The position numbers were made by a program, and so were the translations under genes. A DNA stretch of 64,000 nucleotides from Camelus ferus (Eukaryota): NCBI RefSeq assembly GCF_009834535.1, contig NC_045696.1:71612001-71676000 (forward strand), in the 5' to 3' direction. Positions within the stretch are counted from its first letter, which is position 1; each line of letters opens with the position of its first letter. Below the pieces are notes generated by a model. The model worked only from the letters and a program-made list of their open reading frames with translations. It made no database searches and was not told the origin of the DNA. This document shows, piece by piece, positions 51,331-64,000 of this stretch.

Positions 51331-52528
51331 CACTACCTAAATGAGATCAATATCACAGTGTTTTGAAGGCACAAACCTCTAAAAGATACAACCCCCCCCC
51401 ACAAATATGAACAAAAAAAATCACAGAAGAGGAAGACCTTCAGTCTCCCTAGTAGCTGGGGAAAACCGAACTATGACACCTTTGTCTCCATCAGGCTATA
51501 AAACAAAACCAACCAAACAACAACAAAAATCCCTCCTAATATTCTTTGTGAGTCGGGTATGGGGAGAGGTCTTCGGAAGGCTCTTCGGCAGCGCCTGTAA
51601 AACCTCAAGATGTGCACGACCTTGACCTAGGAATCCCACTTCTGGGCTTTACCTTTGAGAAACACTTACCCAAGACAGAGTGTCATCAGTGATGTTCATT
51701 TCCACACTAGTGCACATTTTTAACTCTGAAAAGTACATCTTTTAAGAAGTTTGTAGTACTCTGTGCTGATGGGGAAATGGAAACAAAAGGTCATTAAAAT
51801 ATTTTATTAAAGTCACTAAAAGTCAGTTCTCCTTCATCTTGGTCTCTTTCTCTAACTGAATTATGTATTTTCTGTTTATTGGGTTTTCTTAAAAAAAAAA
51901 TTTACCAGCTCACTCTCAAGTGATCTATTGTGAGCATCTCATTCTTTTCTGATAGAAATGGTTTTAAAACAGGACAAACTCTACTTATGTTTTCATATAG
52001 ATCAGAGATATGAACCAAGAGAATTTTGTAAGATTTAGTGGTGATTTTTCCAGGTTTGTATTTGTTTAAATAAATAAGCAAACATAGAACTTAAACTGCT
52101 TTGTAATTTGCCTGCTGGTCAAGGCCCTACTGTCCCCACCTGCAATGGTCCAACTTTACCTGTCCTGCCTAACTTCCCACCCCTCAGCCACACAAATACT
52201 GAGTCCAGGCCACTGTTCGCCCTGACTCATCCAGGCAGACTTGGGTGCCACTTCCCTGAAGCCTCCTCTGAACGCTCACAGCACAGAGGTGACACATGAC
52301 AGCCGGGTGCATGATTCACCCCGGCCTCACACTGTCTCTCCCTGTTTCCCTGTGTTGGCTCTATCTCCCCAACCACACCACAGACACTTTCCAGATTTCT
52401 TTTGTCTGGGAAGTAGGGGTGGGGTGCTGGCCTGAGGGTTTAGCACTTTCGGGCCTGTGGGAAATTATGAGAGAAGCTGTATTTCTGACACATCTGGTAG
52501 TTTCTTAAATGTTCTGTCTGTTTTCTAG

Positions 52529-52731
52529 GTGGCAAAGAAACACAGCACGATGTTTGGAAGTATAACTCTTCAATCAACAAGTGGATTCAAATTGAGTACT
52601 TGAACATAGGCCGCTGGAGGCATAAGATGGTGGTGCTGGGGGGCAAGGTCTATGTGATTGGAGGTTTTGACGGCTTGCAGAGGATCAACAATGTGGAGAC
52701 CTACGACCCCTTCCACAACTGCTGGTCAGAG
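52529..52731 (+). CDS. KLHL6: KLHL6 coding exon 5 (Kelch repeats)
   Basis: Acceptor ctgttttctag|GT; encodes (G)[12 protein letters not shown]...[10 protein letters not shown]...[10 protein letters not shown]; donor GAG|GTATGG. Confidence 0.96.
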
Positions 52732-53249
52732 GTATGGGTTACTAGCATGAGTAACTCAGTATTACTGGTTCAAAACTTTACAGAAAGGTATCAGCCAGTG
52801 TAGGCATATGGCTTTCTGAGCTCTCTGCTCCCACTGAGAACATTTTTGGTGGCTCTGAGCTTCCCTTCTTATAAGAGCCATTGATTCAGCATTGCTGATC
52901 AAATCACAGAAGTGACTTCCTTCTAGCTGGGGAAGCTCTGTGTGGGTACCAGTCCTATCCTGGCCAGAACCCCAGATGTGGAGGAGAGGCTTGATCCTAC
53001 ATGTCTGCATGTCTTGGCCCAGAGTCTCGTCTCCTCCAACGCCATCTGCCCTTATCTTCTCCACTCTGGGCACACAGGGATCTCTTGATGACACTGTTCA
53101 TTGAACCCAGAGTCTTTTGGTAGTATTTAGAAGTCAGCTCTTATTTATTGCCTAGTAATGATGAACCATTTATATGCTTGTATGCAAGACTTTAGCAGTG
53201 CAACCTCGGGTATATATCACACCCAGGAAAAGGTAAAGCATTGCTGATC

Positions 53250-53396
53250 AATGGGCATAAAGTTACAGTTATGCAAGACGAATCGGCTCTGGAGATCTGT
53301 GATACAATATTGTGCCTATAGATAGTGATACTGTATTTTACACTTAAAATTTTGTTAAGAGGGTAGTTCTCATGTTAAGTGCCCTTACCACACACT
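53250..53396 (+). mobile_element. L1MA/MB-type 3' end fragment
   Basis: aaagttacagttatgcaag...ctggagatctg...cacttaaaattttgttaagagggtag...catgttaagtg. Confidence 0.7.
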
Positions 53397-54247
53397 CAGA
53401 TAAGGTGACCTCACTTCCTGTATTTCCAGATTATTCCCGATTTCAAATTTCCTTTCTTCTTATCAGATTATATGTCAGAGCATGTTCCAGCTTTGGGGAG
53501 TGTTAAATGTGGTCATCACAGGCACAAGCAAATGTAGCCAGGTCATGATGGCATCTGGCCAAGATCTGTTAACCTGAAAAGAACTTTATAGGGAGCCCTT
53601 AGCATTTTGGGGGCTGTGCCCAGGATCTTCTCAGTTCAAGTCCCACCACAAAGTTTCTCCACGACCTAAGAGTGTCATGTGAATGGGTAAGAGGCTCTTG
53701 AGAGTCCCCTTTAGTACCCTTGGGTTCACAGGGTAGAAGCACAAATCTGGTTTAATCCCCAAATCTGTATGTTGTCCCAGAGTGGGAGAGTCTGCTTACC
53801 TGTGGCCACCTGAACCCCTTACACCAGCTTGTCTTCCTAGCTGTAAGCTCCAGGGACAATGCCCAGCACATAGCATGTGCTAAGTACATATTTTTTGAAT
53901 GAAGGAACACATGAATAAATATGAATGTATGTTTGAGAAAGCATCCTCCTCCAACACTGGCTGGTTTCGGCTGTATAAACAATTATTCGTGTCTGCCCTT
54001 CTTCTCCCCTGAGAGCTGGACTCTGGGAGAAGCAGGATAGAAACATCTGGAGCCTGGAGGGAGGGTGGGAAATGTGTGCTTTGATCCTCTGTGTCTTAAG
54101 GGGAGTCAAGCCCACAGGCCTTGTGACTTCAGGCAAAGGATGCTGAGGCTTGTGTCCCCTGGCTCCTGGCCTGTGTCCTGTGAGCCACTGCAGCTATCTG
54201 TGCAGTGTGATTGACAGCTTCTCCCGGTGCCCTGTGCCTCTCTGCAG

Positions 54248-54461
54248 GCTGCGCCCCTCCTCGTCCATGTCAGTTCCTTCGCAGCCACCAGCCATAAGAA
54301 GAAGCTCTATGTGATTGGGGGAGGGCCCAATGGGAAACTGGCCACAGACAAGACTCAGTGTTATGACCCTTCAACCAATAAGTGGAATTTAAAGTCGGCC
54401 ATGCCGGTAGAGGCTAAATGCATCAATGCAGTGAGTTTCCGGGATCGCATCTATGTGGTGG
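54248..54461 (+). CDS. KLHL6: KLHL6 coding exon 6 (Kelch repeats)
   Basis: Acceptor cctctctgcag|GCT; encodes [10 protein letters not shown]...LYVIGGG...YDPSTNKW...RIYVV(G); donor TGG|GTAAGT. Confidence 0.96.
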
Positions 54462-55777
54462 GTAAGTGAGTGAACGGCTTCTTATTAAACCAAGGTCCCC
54501 TACCCATGCAGCCATGCAGATAGCACACAAGCCCCTCCTGGGAACTCTCAAATTCCTGGGTGATGTGGATGGGGTTGAAAAGAAAGAGAAGATGGGATTG
54601 GCCCAGACTTTGGTGGAACTTACTTTGCAACCCTGGAGGCAGAAGCAACCCACATTTAGGAGACATACAAAGCAGATGGATAATGGGGCCTAGGGGAGGA
54701 GCCAGAAGTTACTATGGGAACAAAGTGTGTTGTAAGTATTGGTAATGCACAGAAATTGAAATGTGCACAGTATAAGTGCCCAAAAAATGGTAGCTATTAT
54801 TATTTCTTACTTTGTGTTCATGGGAATTTTGTTCTCCCCAGTTGCTTTTGGGACTGTGAAAAGTTACATTTAGCCAGAAGGAAAGCCTGACTAGTTGGCA
54901 TGTAATTGTTAAGGATTTTGCATCTCAACCCTGACTACTTAGTAGAATAATCTATGGAGTTCTTTACAAAAACATGGGTCACTGAGCCTTGCTCCAGACC
55001 AACGATATCAGAATGAGAAGGAGGACACTGACCAACAGTGCAAGGTATTTTTAATGTGTAAGTGATGTTAATGTGCAGCCAGGAGAAAGAACTACTGATT
55101 AAGGAAATACCAACAATAAATAACTTCAGCAAGTAAGAGCTAATCAGAGAAGGCTTCCTGGAGGTAAAACATGGGAACAGATTAAGGAAAAACTGCTTCT
55201 CTCCCTTGCTCCAGGTTTCTGGTATGTTTATGGTCAGTCTTGTGATGCTGCTTCAAGGTCTAAACTCAAGACGGGTAATTTGGGCTGGTGTCCCAGATCA
55301 TGCTCAGTCTACAAAGAGATGCTTCCACCTCTAGTCACTGCCACAAATATCAACACAATGCAAGATTTCTATGTACCAGGGCTTCTGCCAGATGCTTTAT
55401 GTGCATGGTCCTAATTTCTTATGGTCTTGGTGCTCATGATTACAGATCAGAAAGTGGCAGAGCTGGGATTGTGAGCCAGGTCTACCTCCTGCACCAGGTG
55501 GTATCTTCTCCAGGGAGCAGTATTATGGTACACTTTGGCAGCCAGGTGAAGCCAGGTTAGCGCCTGGCTGCAGAGTTTAAAGGGCACTGTGAAGTGTTTC
55601 CAGCATGAGAATTCCTGCCCCTGGTTATCCATTATGGCTTTCTGGAGAGCCATGAATCTATTCTTTCTATTGGCAAGACGGTAGACGTGACCTAACCAGA
55701 AGTAGGATTTCAGTGGTTAACGGGGAAGAAAACCAGTAGAACAGTGAGATGCCCACGTTGTTTCCCTTCCTCTTCAG

Positions 55778-56079
55778 GAGGGGCCATGAGAGCGCTGTAC
55801 GCCTACAGCCCTCTGGAGGACAGCTGGTGCCTGGTGACCCAGCTCAGCCACGAGAGGGCGAGCTGCGGCATCGCGCCCTGCAACAACCGGCTCTACATCA
55901 CCGGCGGGCGGGACGAGAAGAACGAGGTCATCGCCACGGTGCTGTGCTGGGACCCCGAGGCCCAGAAACTGACGGAGGAGTGCGTCCTGCCCCGAGGGGT
56001 GTCGCACCACGGCAGCGTCACCATCAGGAAGTCGTACACCCACATCCGGAGGATCGTGCCGGGAGCCGTGTCGGTCTGA
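55778..56079 (+). CDS. KLHL6: KLHL6 coding exon 7 (last Kelch repeats and stop)
   Basis: Acceptor cccttcctcttcag|GA; encodes (G)[11 protein letters not shown]...LYITGGRD...[10 protein letters not shown], then TGA at 56077-56079. Confidence 0.96.
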
Positions 56080-56319
56080 CAGCGGGAGCGCGGAGGGCGG
56101 AGCCACACGGGGAGCTGGACTGCGCTGGGGCCCTTCCTCGCTCTCCTCCGCTCCAGCAGCAAGCAGGGCTCCCGTTACAGGCCGCACGTACAGCAGGGGC
56201 TCCCGCGGCTCCCCATGGGCGCTCCTTGGAAGTCAAAGATTTGGGACACTTGACACCAGCCAGGAGTGTTTGCGAGACCTACCTCAGGAGAGAAAAAGAG
56301 TAAGACTTAACATTCAGGC

Positions 56320-56510
56320 CACACCTGTCCCATGCCAGGTTCTGTGCCAGGCAGTTTTACATATCAGTGCCTTTACTATCATAATGACTTGGTACCTGGA
56401 TGTTACCGCTCTTGTTTTACAGGTGAGGAAACCGAGTTTAAGAGAGCCTAAGTGATTTGCCCCTAGTCACTCAAGTCAGAAGTAAATCCGGAGTCTAAAC
56501 CTAGGTCTTT
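56320..56510 (-). mobile_element. MIR remnant in the KLHL6 3' UTR
   Basis: gttttacaggtgaggaaaccgag...taagtgatttgccc is the reverse MIR core. Confidence 0.7.
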
Positions 56511-59500
56511 CATTGTCAAAGTTAGCGCAGGTTCTGTGATGCTGACTCAGAGCAGGAAAAACAAACAAACAAACAGCTCTCTGTTGTTGTTGTTCTGACA
56601 AGATTGCTAAAGGATTCACTCAGCAAGGCAGGGAAATAAAGGAAATGTTTCTTTTTTCTTTCCTTTTTTTCCGTATATTTAAACCATACGGGATCTTTGG
56701 TGTTAGAGCTTTTGGCTCCTTGTCAAGAGTGTCTCATAGGTTTTTCCATCTGACAGTTCTGGGGAGATGGGTCTGGGAAGACCTGTTTGCTAAGAAAGAT
56801 ATAAAAGATTTCTGTCCTCCACCATCAAAAGCCTGTGTTTCTTTTGATTACAGGGGGCCCATTTTGGACTGGAACTGTCACTTTTAGAAAGAATTGTACC
56901 TTCAGCACAGTCCAGTGCCCTGGCCTCTTAATGTCCAACAGTTGTATTGTAATGTAGAAAAGATTTTTCCAGAGGCTCAGAATGCCATTTTTTTTTTTAA
57001 AAGGTAGACATCCTTACATTGCCGGCCACTGAGGAATGACTGACTGTTTTTGACAGTATACTTTCTACTTTTTAGACAGTGATTTGGGTTCATGTCTCTA
57101 GGACCCCACCCTCCTGGAACTTTCATTTTCAGGATCCTTTTCAGCCCTTTTTTTGTTTGTTTCTGGATCGGCTTGCACAATTTTGACACAAAGAACAGAG
57201 TCTTTTCTTCAGTCTAAGAGACAGAGCTTTAAAATGAGCTCACTGGAAATTCATCCTAATCCCCCAACTGGGGAAACAGATTAAGAGATCCTGTTTCATA
57301 CGCTGTACTTAAAAAGCAACAACAATGGCAACAACATAGTAACTGCATTACCCAATGTCCTTTATTTTCCTCATATGATTTCACATCTCTTTATAGAGTT
57401 TTCTTTCATGTCAGATGTGCCCTGTTGTGCTTGTACTTCTCAGCAGTTTGGGAAGGTAGAGGTATTAGGATTGATAGTGAATTTCATTTTCATAGAAAAG
57501 TTTCGGTTAGAAGGAGCTACAGTTCAGAGGAGCTACAGTTCACTTGGAAAACTGCAAGTGAGGTTTCTATTTATGCTTACTTAGCTCATTGAGGATAAAT
57601 ATAAATGCATGCTGGTGTGTGAAAAGCTCTGTGCCTTAGGGTCAGGTGTGACAGTTCCACTCCCTGCTATGAAAAATGAGATGGGAAAATACAGACAGAT
57701 TTGTGGACATTTAGAAACACACCTCACTTACTCATGAACACTGATAACCTTAACAAAGCTCTCAACTGAAACCATTAATCTACTTCAATTCAGCAAACAT
57801 TCCAGGAGTTTATGTTTGGCAGGCCTTGGGGACACCAAAGAATAAAACAAATCTCTACCTTAGAAATGCTCAATAAACAGGTAAACAGGCCACTGGTCAA
57901 TGTTATAAATTTTCTTTTCATCAAGGAAGAGAAAAATGAGATGTATATGAAGTTATGAGATTGCATCTGGGTCTTTATTGTCCTTCCAAATGGTCTCCTT
58001 AGGGAGCTGTGCTCTTAGGTCAATGATGTGGCTGTTGTTTACATGTTTGTCTTTCTTTGGGATCACCTGCAGAAACCATTTATGAGCCACAGGAGAAGTC
58101 AGTCCTATTTCAAAGAAGCTTCAGGAGAGAACTTTCAAAGAGGAAATCCAGTGACAGCATCATTGGGGTACACAGCCTCCCCTCAGAAAGACAGAGCTCC
58201 TTGTCCTGGTGGTCATTTGATTAGAGCAATTGGCAAATTTTGAGCCTGTCAGCAAGTCAACCCTATGCTGGATAAGTGAGGATTTAGGATGTCTGTGTTG
58301 TAAACCTGATTCTCACTACAGGGGTTCTCAATAATGGCATGGGTTAGCAGACAGATACACCTACTAAGAAGATCCAGAATTCTGCACTTGAAGGTGCCAG
58401 TCTGTAATTTTTAGGGAAAGAAAAAAGCTCATGTCATTTTTGGGAAACTTTATATCAACAGGATTTAGGTTTCTAGGCACAAGCCAGGGATGGAAGCTCT
58501 TAAAATCTAATTTCCATTCTCAGACGAACAAACAATCAAACAAGTGGCAGAAAGTTAACTGTCATAAGCCAGACTACCAGCAGGGAGATGAGGCAAGTTG
58601 GTGCCCAATGAGCTGGAGACAAAAGGCCCTGGGACTCAGGCAGGGCATGTGGGATGTCCTGACACAGCAGGCTGGACTTTGAAGCAGGTCCTCTGAGTGG
58701 ATAGAGCACCCCTGGCTGGGAGGAAGAGAATGAGGTAGGAGGGGGACGAAGCCAGGTTTAAGGACACAAGTCTAGAAAATGATGTCATGGGCCCTGGAGT
58801 TTGTGAGCATGCCTCCATTCTCAAGAATGGAAGGGGAGCATGAGGAATGGGGGTTCCAGATAAGTGAGTTCCAAGAGGGAACCCACTTCTTAGAAGTGAG
58901 GCAAAGTCAGAGCAGGACTAGCAGTCAGACCCATTGGCCTGGGGCCTTTGAGCTTCTTGCTGGGTCTCCTATCTTACTGAAATGAGAGAGTGTGGCCCAG
59001 AGGCTCTACAGAGTTGGAACTTATAGGGGAGGTTAAGGGACCCTAGTTGCCAAAGCTGGTCTGAAATGGATGAGAAGCTAAACTCACCCAAACATCAACA
59101 GATAAGTGTTCTCTTAGCTTTCATCACATCCTGCACACACTGGCTTGAGGAAACACACATGCACACACAGCCCTTGAACTCAAGCAAACTGTGTTCTCAG
59201 AGAAATGCAAATGTCATTTGCTTATAGCTGTGAAAGTATAGCTTTGCTATTTATAAAATCCTTGAGGTACTGTTGTTACTTACGTATCCTATTTGATTTT
59301 GAAAAAGAAAGGACTCAGTACAATTTTCAAAGTGGGTAAACACCATTGGAATTTCTTATATAAAGTCCTGACTTGGTGTTGCAAATCTTTTTTTCCCTTG
59401 GAATCTGATCTGGGTGTTGTATTAGATCTTACAATTTGAAGAGCCAACCTTCATGGAATTCACAAATATCTCAGTCGTGGCTACAGCAAAACCAATTTTG

Positions 59501-59655
59501 ACAGGTTAGATTGTCATATTGATGGGTAAAATTAATCAACATTTAGTTAACCAAATCCTTTAAGCATTTTTGGTTATACAAGGTTGTATTTTCCTTTCAA
59601 GTGATCAAACTAAATGTATTGTTTATAGGTAAAAACACAAAGTTTTAATTTATTC

Positions 59656-59661
59656 AATAAA
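59656..59661 (+). terminator. Candidate distal polyadenylation signal
   Basis: AATAAA with upstream TGTA motifs (about 59585 and 59615) and a downstream T tract (about 59709-59717). Confidence 0.6.
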
Positions 59662-62289
59662 ATATGTGTGATTAGATAAGAATATATTGTATATAATTAC
59701 TAGGTGAATTTTTTTTTGCTTGGCTTGGTCAATATGAATAACTGGTATCTGAAGAGAAATTAATTCAGGAAGGGAAAACTTGAAACATTTTAAGTGATTC
59801 AAGAGGGTTTAGATAAACTTATAGGCTAAAATTAATAGGATTTGGTTCACAGAATGGCAAAAAATACATCTTTTCCCTTCCTAACACCTCATTGCCTCAC
59901 TGAGCCAGCAATTACCAATCCATTTGCAAACTGTGACTCTCCTCCTGCCTGGCCTGATGCCTTCCTACAGGAGGCATTTTTGTTTCTAGTCTGACCTCCC
60001 AGCCTTGCCTCCACCAAGATCACTGTGTTGTTTCTGCAGCCCTAACCGACCTGTGCTTCTCAAATCAGGACACGTGGAACTGGGCATCTGAGCCTGAGAG
60101 CTGTGACTCTGAGCACCAGAAAACTTGTCATCATTTAGTTTGAATTTCAATGTAAAGATCCTATGCAATTGAAAAGAAAAATCTGAGACTTTAAAGAAAT
60201 GTGGGGTCACATGAATTGCTTTAGTCCTGGGCCTCCCTACAGTTAGAAATTCTTAGCTCTGTCTTAGGAATTCTGGGCAGAAAACCTTGGGAAGCACAGC
60301 CCCATCTCAGAGGTGGGAAGTTAATCCTGGGCCATTGATCTGGCAGCCAGTGCTCCAGTGAGAATCAGACTGGGGGTTTGCCCTTAACTTCACTGCTGAG
60401 CCCTCCAATTTCCCTGCTGGATCTTAGTGGTAATCTGATGCCAGAGCAGCTTGGCAAGGGCCTGGTATCTGCCCAGCTTTCCTCAGCTCCTCTTCCTGCC
60501 CCTGGTGCTCTTTGCCTGCCGGTGTGTGGTGTCTCCTGGACCAGCCTCCTTTTCACTGGAGATGCAGCCTTTATATAGGATCCTATCCCCACCCCCTCCT
60601 CCAGTGGGCTCATGCCTTATATTCTGCTCCTGGATGCTGCCACAATTCAAGACCCTTGGTGATGGGGACTAATTTGGGTTGGGTCCCGGGTTGGGTCCCA
60701 CCCACCCCCAAGCTGCCCAGTATCAGCCTGCCCAATTACCAATCAGTCTGGTTTTCACTCCCACATCTATTTCTAACACTGGGAATTTTCCTTTTCTTCG
60801 TGCATGCTCAGATGTCTCCTTTGTTGTTGATTCTTGCATGACTCTCATGAACTTGACACCCATGCCTGCCCCATCCCTGATCATCTGCCTGGCCTCCTTA
60901 CCTGCTGCCTCTCCTGGGGTCTCCCAACCTAGAAACCTCACTACCCCAGCACCGTGGTGTCTCTAGGGTCTCTCGATTTCTCAGGTTTGGAGAAAGAGCA
61001 AACAAGGGTATGGGCATCCTGGCTATCCGTTCTTCAGGAGGATCTGTGTGTAAGGAAATTTTCCTGCTCCCTTAGTAAAACTAACCCAGTTCCTCCAAGT
61101 TTGGCAGGAGAGGGAGAAACTCCCAGTGGGGACAGAGAGTTGGATCCTTCCTGATGATTACGCTTCAAAGGAATGGTTTTCAGGGCCTTGAGAAAGATAC
61201 TCCTGGGTTGTAGGAGATACAGATATACCACAAAGGAACAGAAGAAGGATTTACAACTGTAAGCCCTTTTTAGTAAACGCTCTAAGAAAGGGAGGTCAGG
61301 GCATCAGGTGTTGGCCAGGACGAATGGTAAATTCTTTCAAGAGCCTTGAGCTTTTCCTGACAGAAACTCGCAAGGAGATCTGGGTCATCCCAGGATGTGG
61401 CCTTAGGCTGCCAGCAGCCATGTGAGGGTTGGTCAAGTCTCTTAGAGTAGGGATTTGGATGGAGTGTTCTTGCAAAGAATGTTGGCAGCTCTCAGTGCCC
61501 CAGGTAGAGTTGCTTTATGAAGCAGATACAGTTCAAGAAACAGGTGTGCCCGTCACTTGTACTGCTGCTGGGGATATTTTCAAAGGAACTGGCCATTTTC
61601 TACATGTGCCCTACTTCTAGAATATTCTGAAGACAACTAAAGAGAAAAGTATGCTCAAACTTCTTTCAACCTCTGTAGGCCAGAGTGATGCTCTCAAACT
61701 GTTTGGAATATGTCCCACAGTTGCAAAATGAAAACATTTTCTGTATTTTCTATCCAATTACATTTTTTCTTAAAATGCTGTTTACAACCTACTGAATTAA
61801 TTTCATTACCTCCCCCCCAATCGGTCACAAGTCACAACCCACAAGGCTAGAGGGTGCAGACCTAGGCAAAGACAGGGCAGGGGTGAGGGGAGAGGAGGCT
61901 GTAAACCTTGGTATAACACACGAGAAACCAGAGAGGAAGAATCTGACTCTGCCAAGAAACCTGTGAGTCTGACCTTAGATAAACAGAATTCTTGTGGGTG
62001 AAATTCTATTCTTTCATAATAAAAATACAGTAATAGGAGCATCTATTGAGTAATTTCCCAGAAACATGGGGCAGAGCCATAAGCAAAGAGATTGGAACAT
62101 GACAAAGCTAGTCTAGGTAGTAATGCTGGGGGTTTTAATTATTAAAGTGTATCCTTGTACAATGTTGCCTTTCCAGAAAAGATCAATGTAGAAACTTGGA
62201 GGAAAAACAACACATTAGACTCTGTTCTGGCTGAGTCATAAATAGACATTAGTGAAGGAAGTAATGGGGTGAGTCTTTGTGAAACAGTG

Positions 62290-62730
62290 CAGCAAATACT
62301 GATTGAGGACTTAATATGTGCCAGGCACGATTCTAGGTACTGGGGCTCCCCATCAACGGACAAAATAAAAGTCCCTGCTCTCATGAGCTAACATTCTAGC
62401 AGAGATAGCCAACAATCAAACTAGTATATAATATAATGTCATGTAGTACTAGATGCTAGAAATGGAGCAAAGCAGGGTAAAGGGTATGCATGCTACTTTA
62501 AACAGGGTGAGCAGATGCCCTTTCTGGTAAAGAGACAGCTAAGCAGAGACTTGAGTGAAGAGAAAGTTTGAGTCCTGGGAATTTCTGGGGGAAGCATATT
62601 CCAGGTAATGGGAATAGCCAGTGCAAAGGCCCTGAGACAGGAGGCTCAGTGTATTCAAGAAACAGTAAAAAGGACTTGGTAGCTGGAGTGAATTCTGAGT
62701 GATGGTAAGGAGTCTCAAGGCCACCATAAG
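62290..62730 (-). mobile_element. L2 LINE 3' fragment
   Basis: cagcaaatactgattgagg...atgtgccaggcac...gtccctgctctcatgagctaacattctag...gtgcaaaggccctgag. Confidence 0.7.
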
Positions 62731-64000
62731 TATTTTGCTTGTGATCAGAGGAAGGTGATAGGGCATAAGACAAGTTCAGAAATGATACAGATTCACAAAT
62801 GTTACACACCCAAGCTGTGGCTTACAAATTCAAGTCTGCTATGTTCATGGTGGCAATTAGTAGTGAAGGACTACTGGAAGCAAATTTTTTGTGAACCTAT
62901 CAAACACGGAGCTTTCTCCAGATCTTTGGTCTTTCTGACTTTGCCCTGTGCACTCACATCATAGTGGGCTGGGGCTGCCTCTCCCAATTGCCTGTCTCCT
63001 GAGCCCAGAGGGGTTTTGGGGAAAGCCTCTCAAATAACTAAGATGCTCTCCATAATTCCCTGTGTAAATGGAAATGGCAGCACTCAGATACAAGGGCACC
63101 TGGTGAAAATGAGACCATCAGGGGGTGATATTGGTGGGGTGGTACAAGGGGGAAGAAGGCAGCTTTTAAAGCCAGTGACCTCCAGGAAGCCTAGATGATT
63201 CTGTAAAACCTCTTATGACTATCCCCAAATAATGTGGACTGAGATTCAGCACATTAAAAACCATCTAATAGAAACCCTTAGTGATTAAGTGCAAACCAAC
63301 AAACCATTTAAAAATCTAGGTAAAATGTGTGGCAATTCAGATGGAAACTAGAAATTAGGTGCTGAAAGTGTTATTTCCAGATGGTTTTAGAGAATGCATC
63401 TTCCCAGAAGGTGGTTGGAATTCTCAAAAGGAACCAAGGCTGGAGACTAGTGGTGGGTTAGACTAGGCTGCAGTGTTGTCACCAACCTCCCTGTCTCCAA
63501 AGGAGGGTTGTAATAGAGGCTGTTTTTCTGCTGGTCCTTGTATCTAGGGCAGCTTGCACAGAGCCAGATACCCAAGTGAACACTCAAAGAATGTTGCTAC
63601 TTCCCAGGAGTAATGTGTGGAGCAGTGTTTAGGGGCGGGCTGTGGAGGGATGGTCCTGAGAAGCTGCCATCCAACCATTACCACCACCTTGTTGATCACT
63701 TCCTGGACACTTTATACACATCAGAGTTTGATGAAAACCATAGCTATCTTTTCTTTGGACTGTATAACCTTTTTAAAACTGGCAATACTTGGGGTCAGTT
63801 AACAACTGGCTGGAAGAGAGTCGGGAAAATTCTCTTTAGAAAGAGTTTGACAGACCCCACCGACCTGATTGGCCCCCAAAGCTATTTGAGTTTGCAGCCT
63901 CTGACGTACACGATCTTGTTTCATCCTTGCACCTGCGTGAACTGAAGCGCTGCGTCTCCAGTGGCCGCGGCTTCAGTGCCCCAGACAACGCGGGTGCCGA

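Larger units (their letters stand above)
3640..56079 (+). other. KLHL6: KLHL6 gene, start codon to stop codon, 7 coding exons, 621 aa
   Basis: Exon lengths 293+166+450+238+203+214+302 = 1866 nt give one open frame from MLMAGQRG to [10 protein letters not shown]. All introns are GT-AG. Domain order BTB-BACK-Kelch and both termini match KLHL6 as I recall it. Confidence 0.97.
56080..59690 (+). other. KLHL6: Candidate KLHL6 3' UTR (long form)
   Basis: Runs from the stop codon to an AT-rich block ending in AATAAA 59656-59661. The end point is inferred. Confidence 0.55.

Noticed and set aside
55749..56303. 184-aa alternate-frame ORF and antisense ORFs over exon 7
   Set aside because: Expected from stop-codon scarcity in GC-rich sequence; the ATG is intronic and the product is low complexity.
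56533..56539. Roquin-binding CDE core TCTGTGA in the 3' UTR
   Set aside because: Appealing because Roquin2 is a reported KLHL6 substrate, but the flanking bases do not extend the stem (T opposite T), so it is not a convincing CDE hairpin.
88..63945. The many 60-143 aa ORFs outside KLHL6 exons
   Set aside because: No recognisable domains, many begin at non-ATG codons or lie in repeats, and lengths are those expected by chance.
1..64000. A novel multi-gene system, CRISPR array or prokaryotic-style locus
   Set aside because: The sequence is explained by one spliced mammalian gene plus common repeats. I saw no regularly spaced repeat array or second credible coding gene.

Overview
Mammalian genomic DNA, most likely from a camelid (three tRNA-derived SINE copies resemble the camelid Vic-1 family). 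The window holds one complete protein-coding gene, KLHL6 (BTB-BACK-Kelch CUL3 substrate adaptor), on the + strand. Its seven coding exons are 3640-3932, 24594-24759, 41169-41618, 48070-48307, 52529-52731, 54248-54461 and 55778-56079. All six introns are GT-AG, and the exons sum to 1866 nt (621 aa plus stop). The remainder is promoter, long introns, a roughly 3.6 kb candidate 3' UTR and flanking DNA, largely made of old interspersed repeats (MIR, L2, L1, MLT1 LTRs, hAT DNA transposons). Repeat family names come from recalled consensus sequences, not a database search. I found no evidence of a new multi-gene biological system. The best leads are regulatory: a CpG-rich, exon-shaped segment in intron 1; a start-stop uORF plus three in-frame ATGs at the 5' end; lymphoid transcription-factor motif clusters; a seven-tract G-quadruplex before exon 2; and several possible isoform switches.
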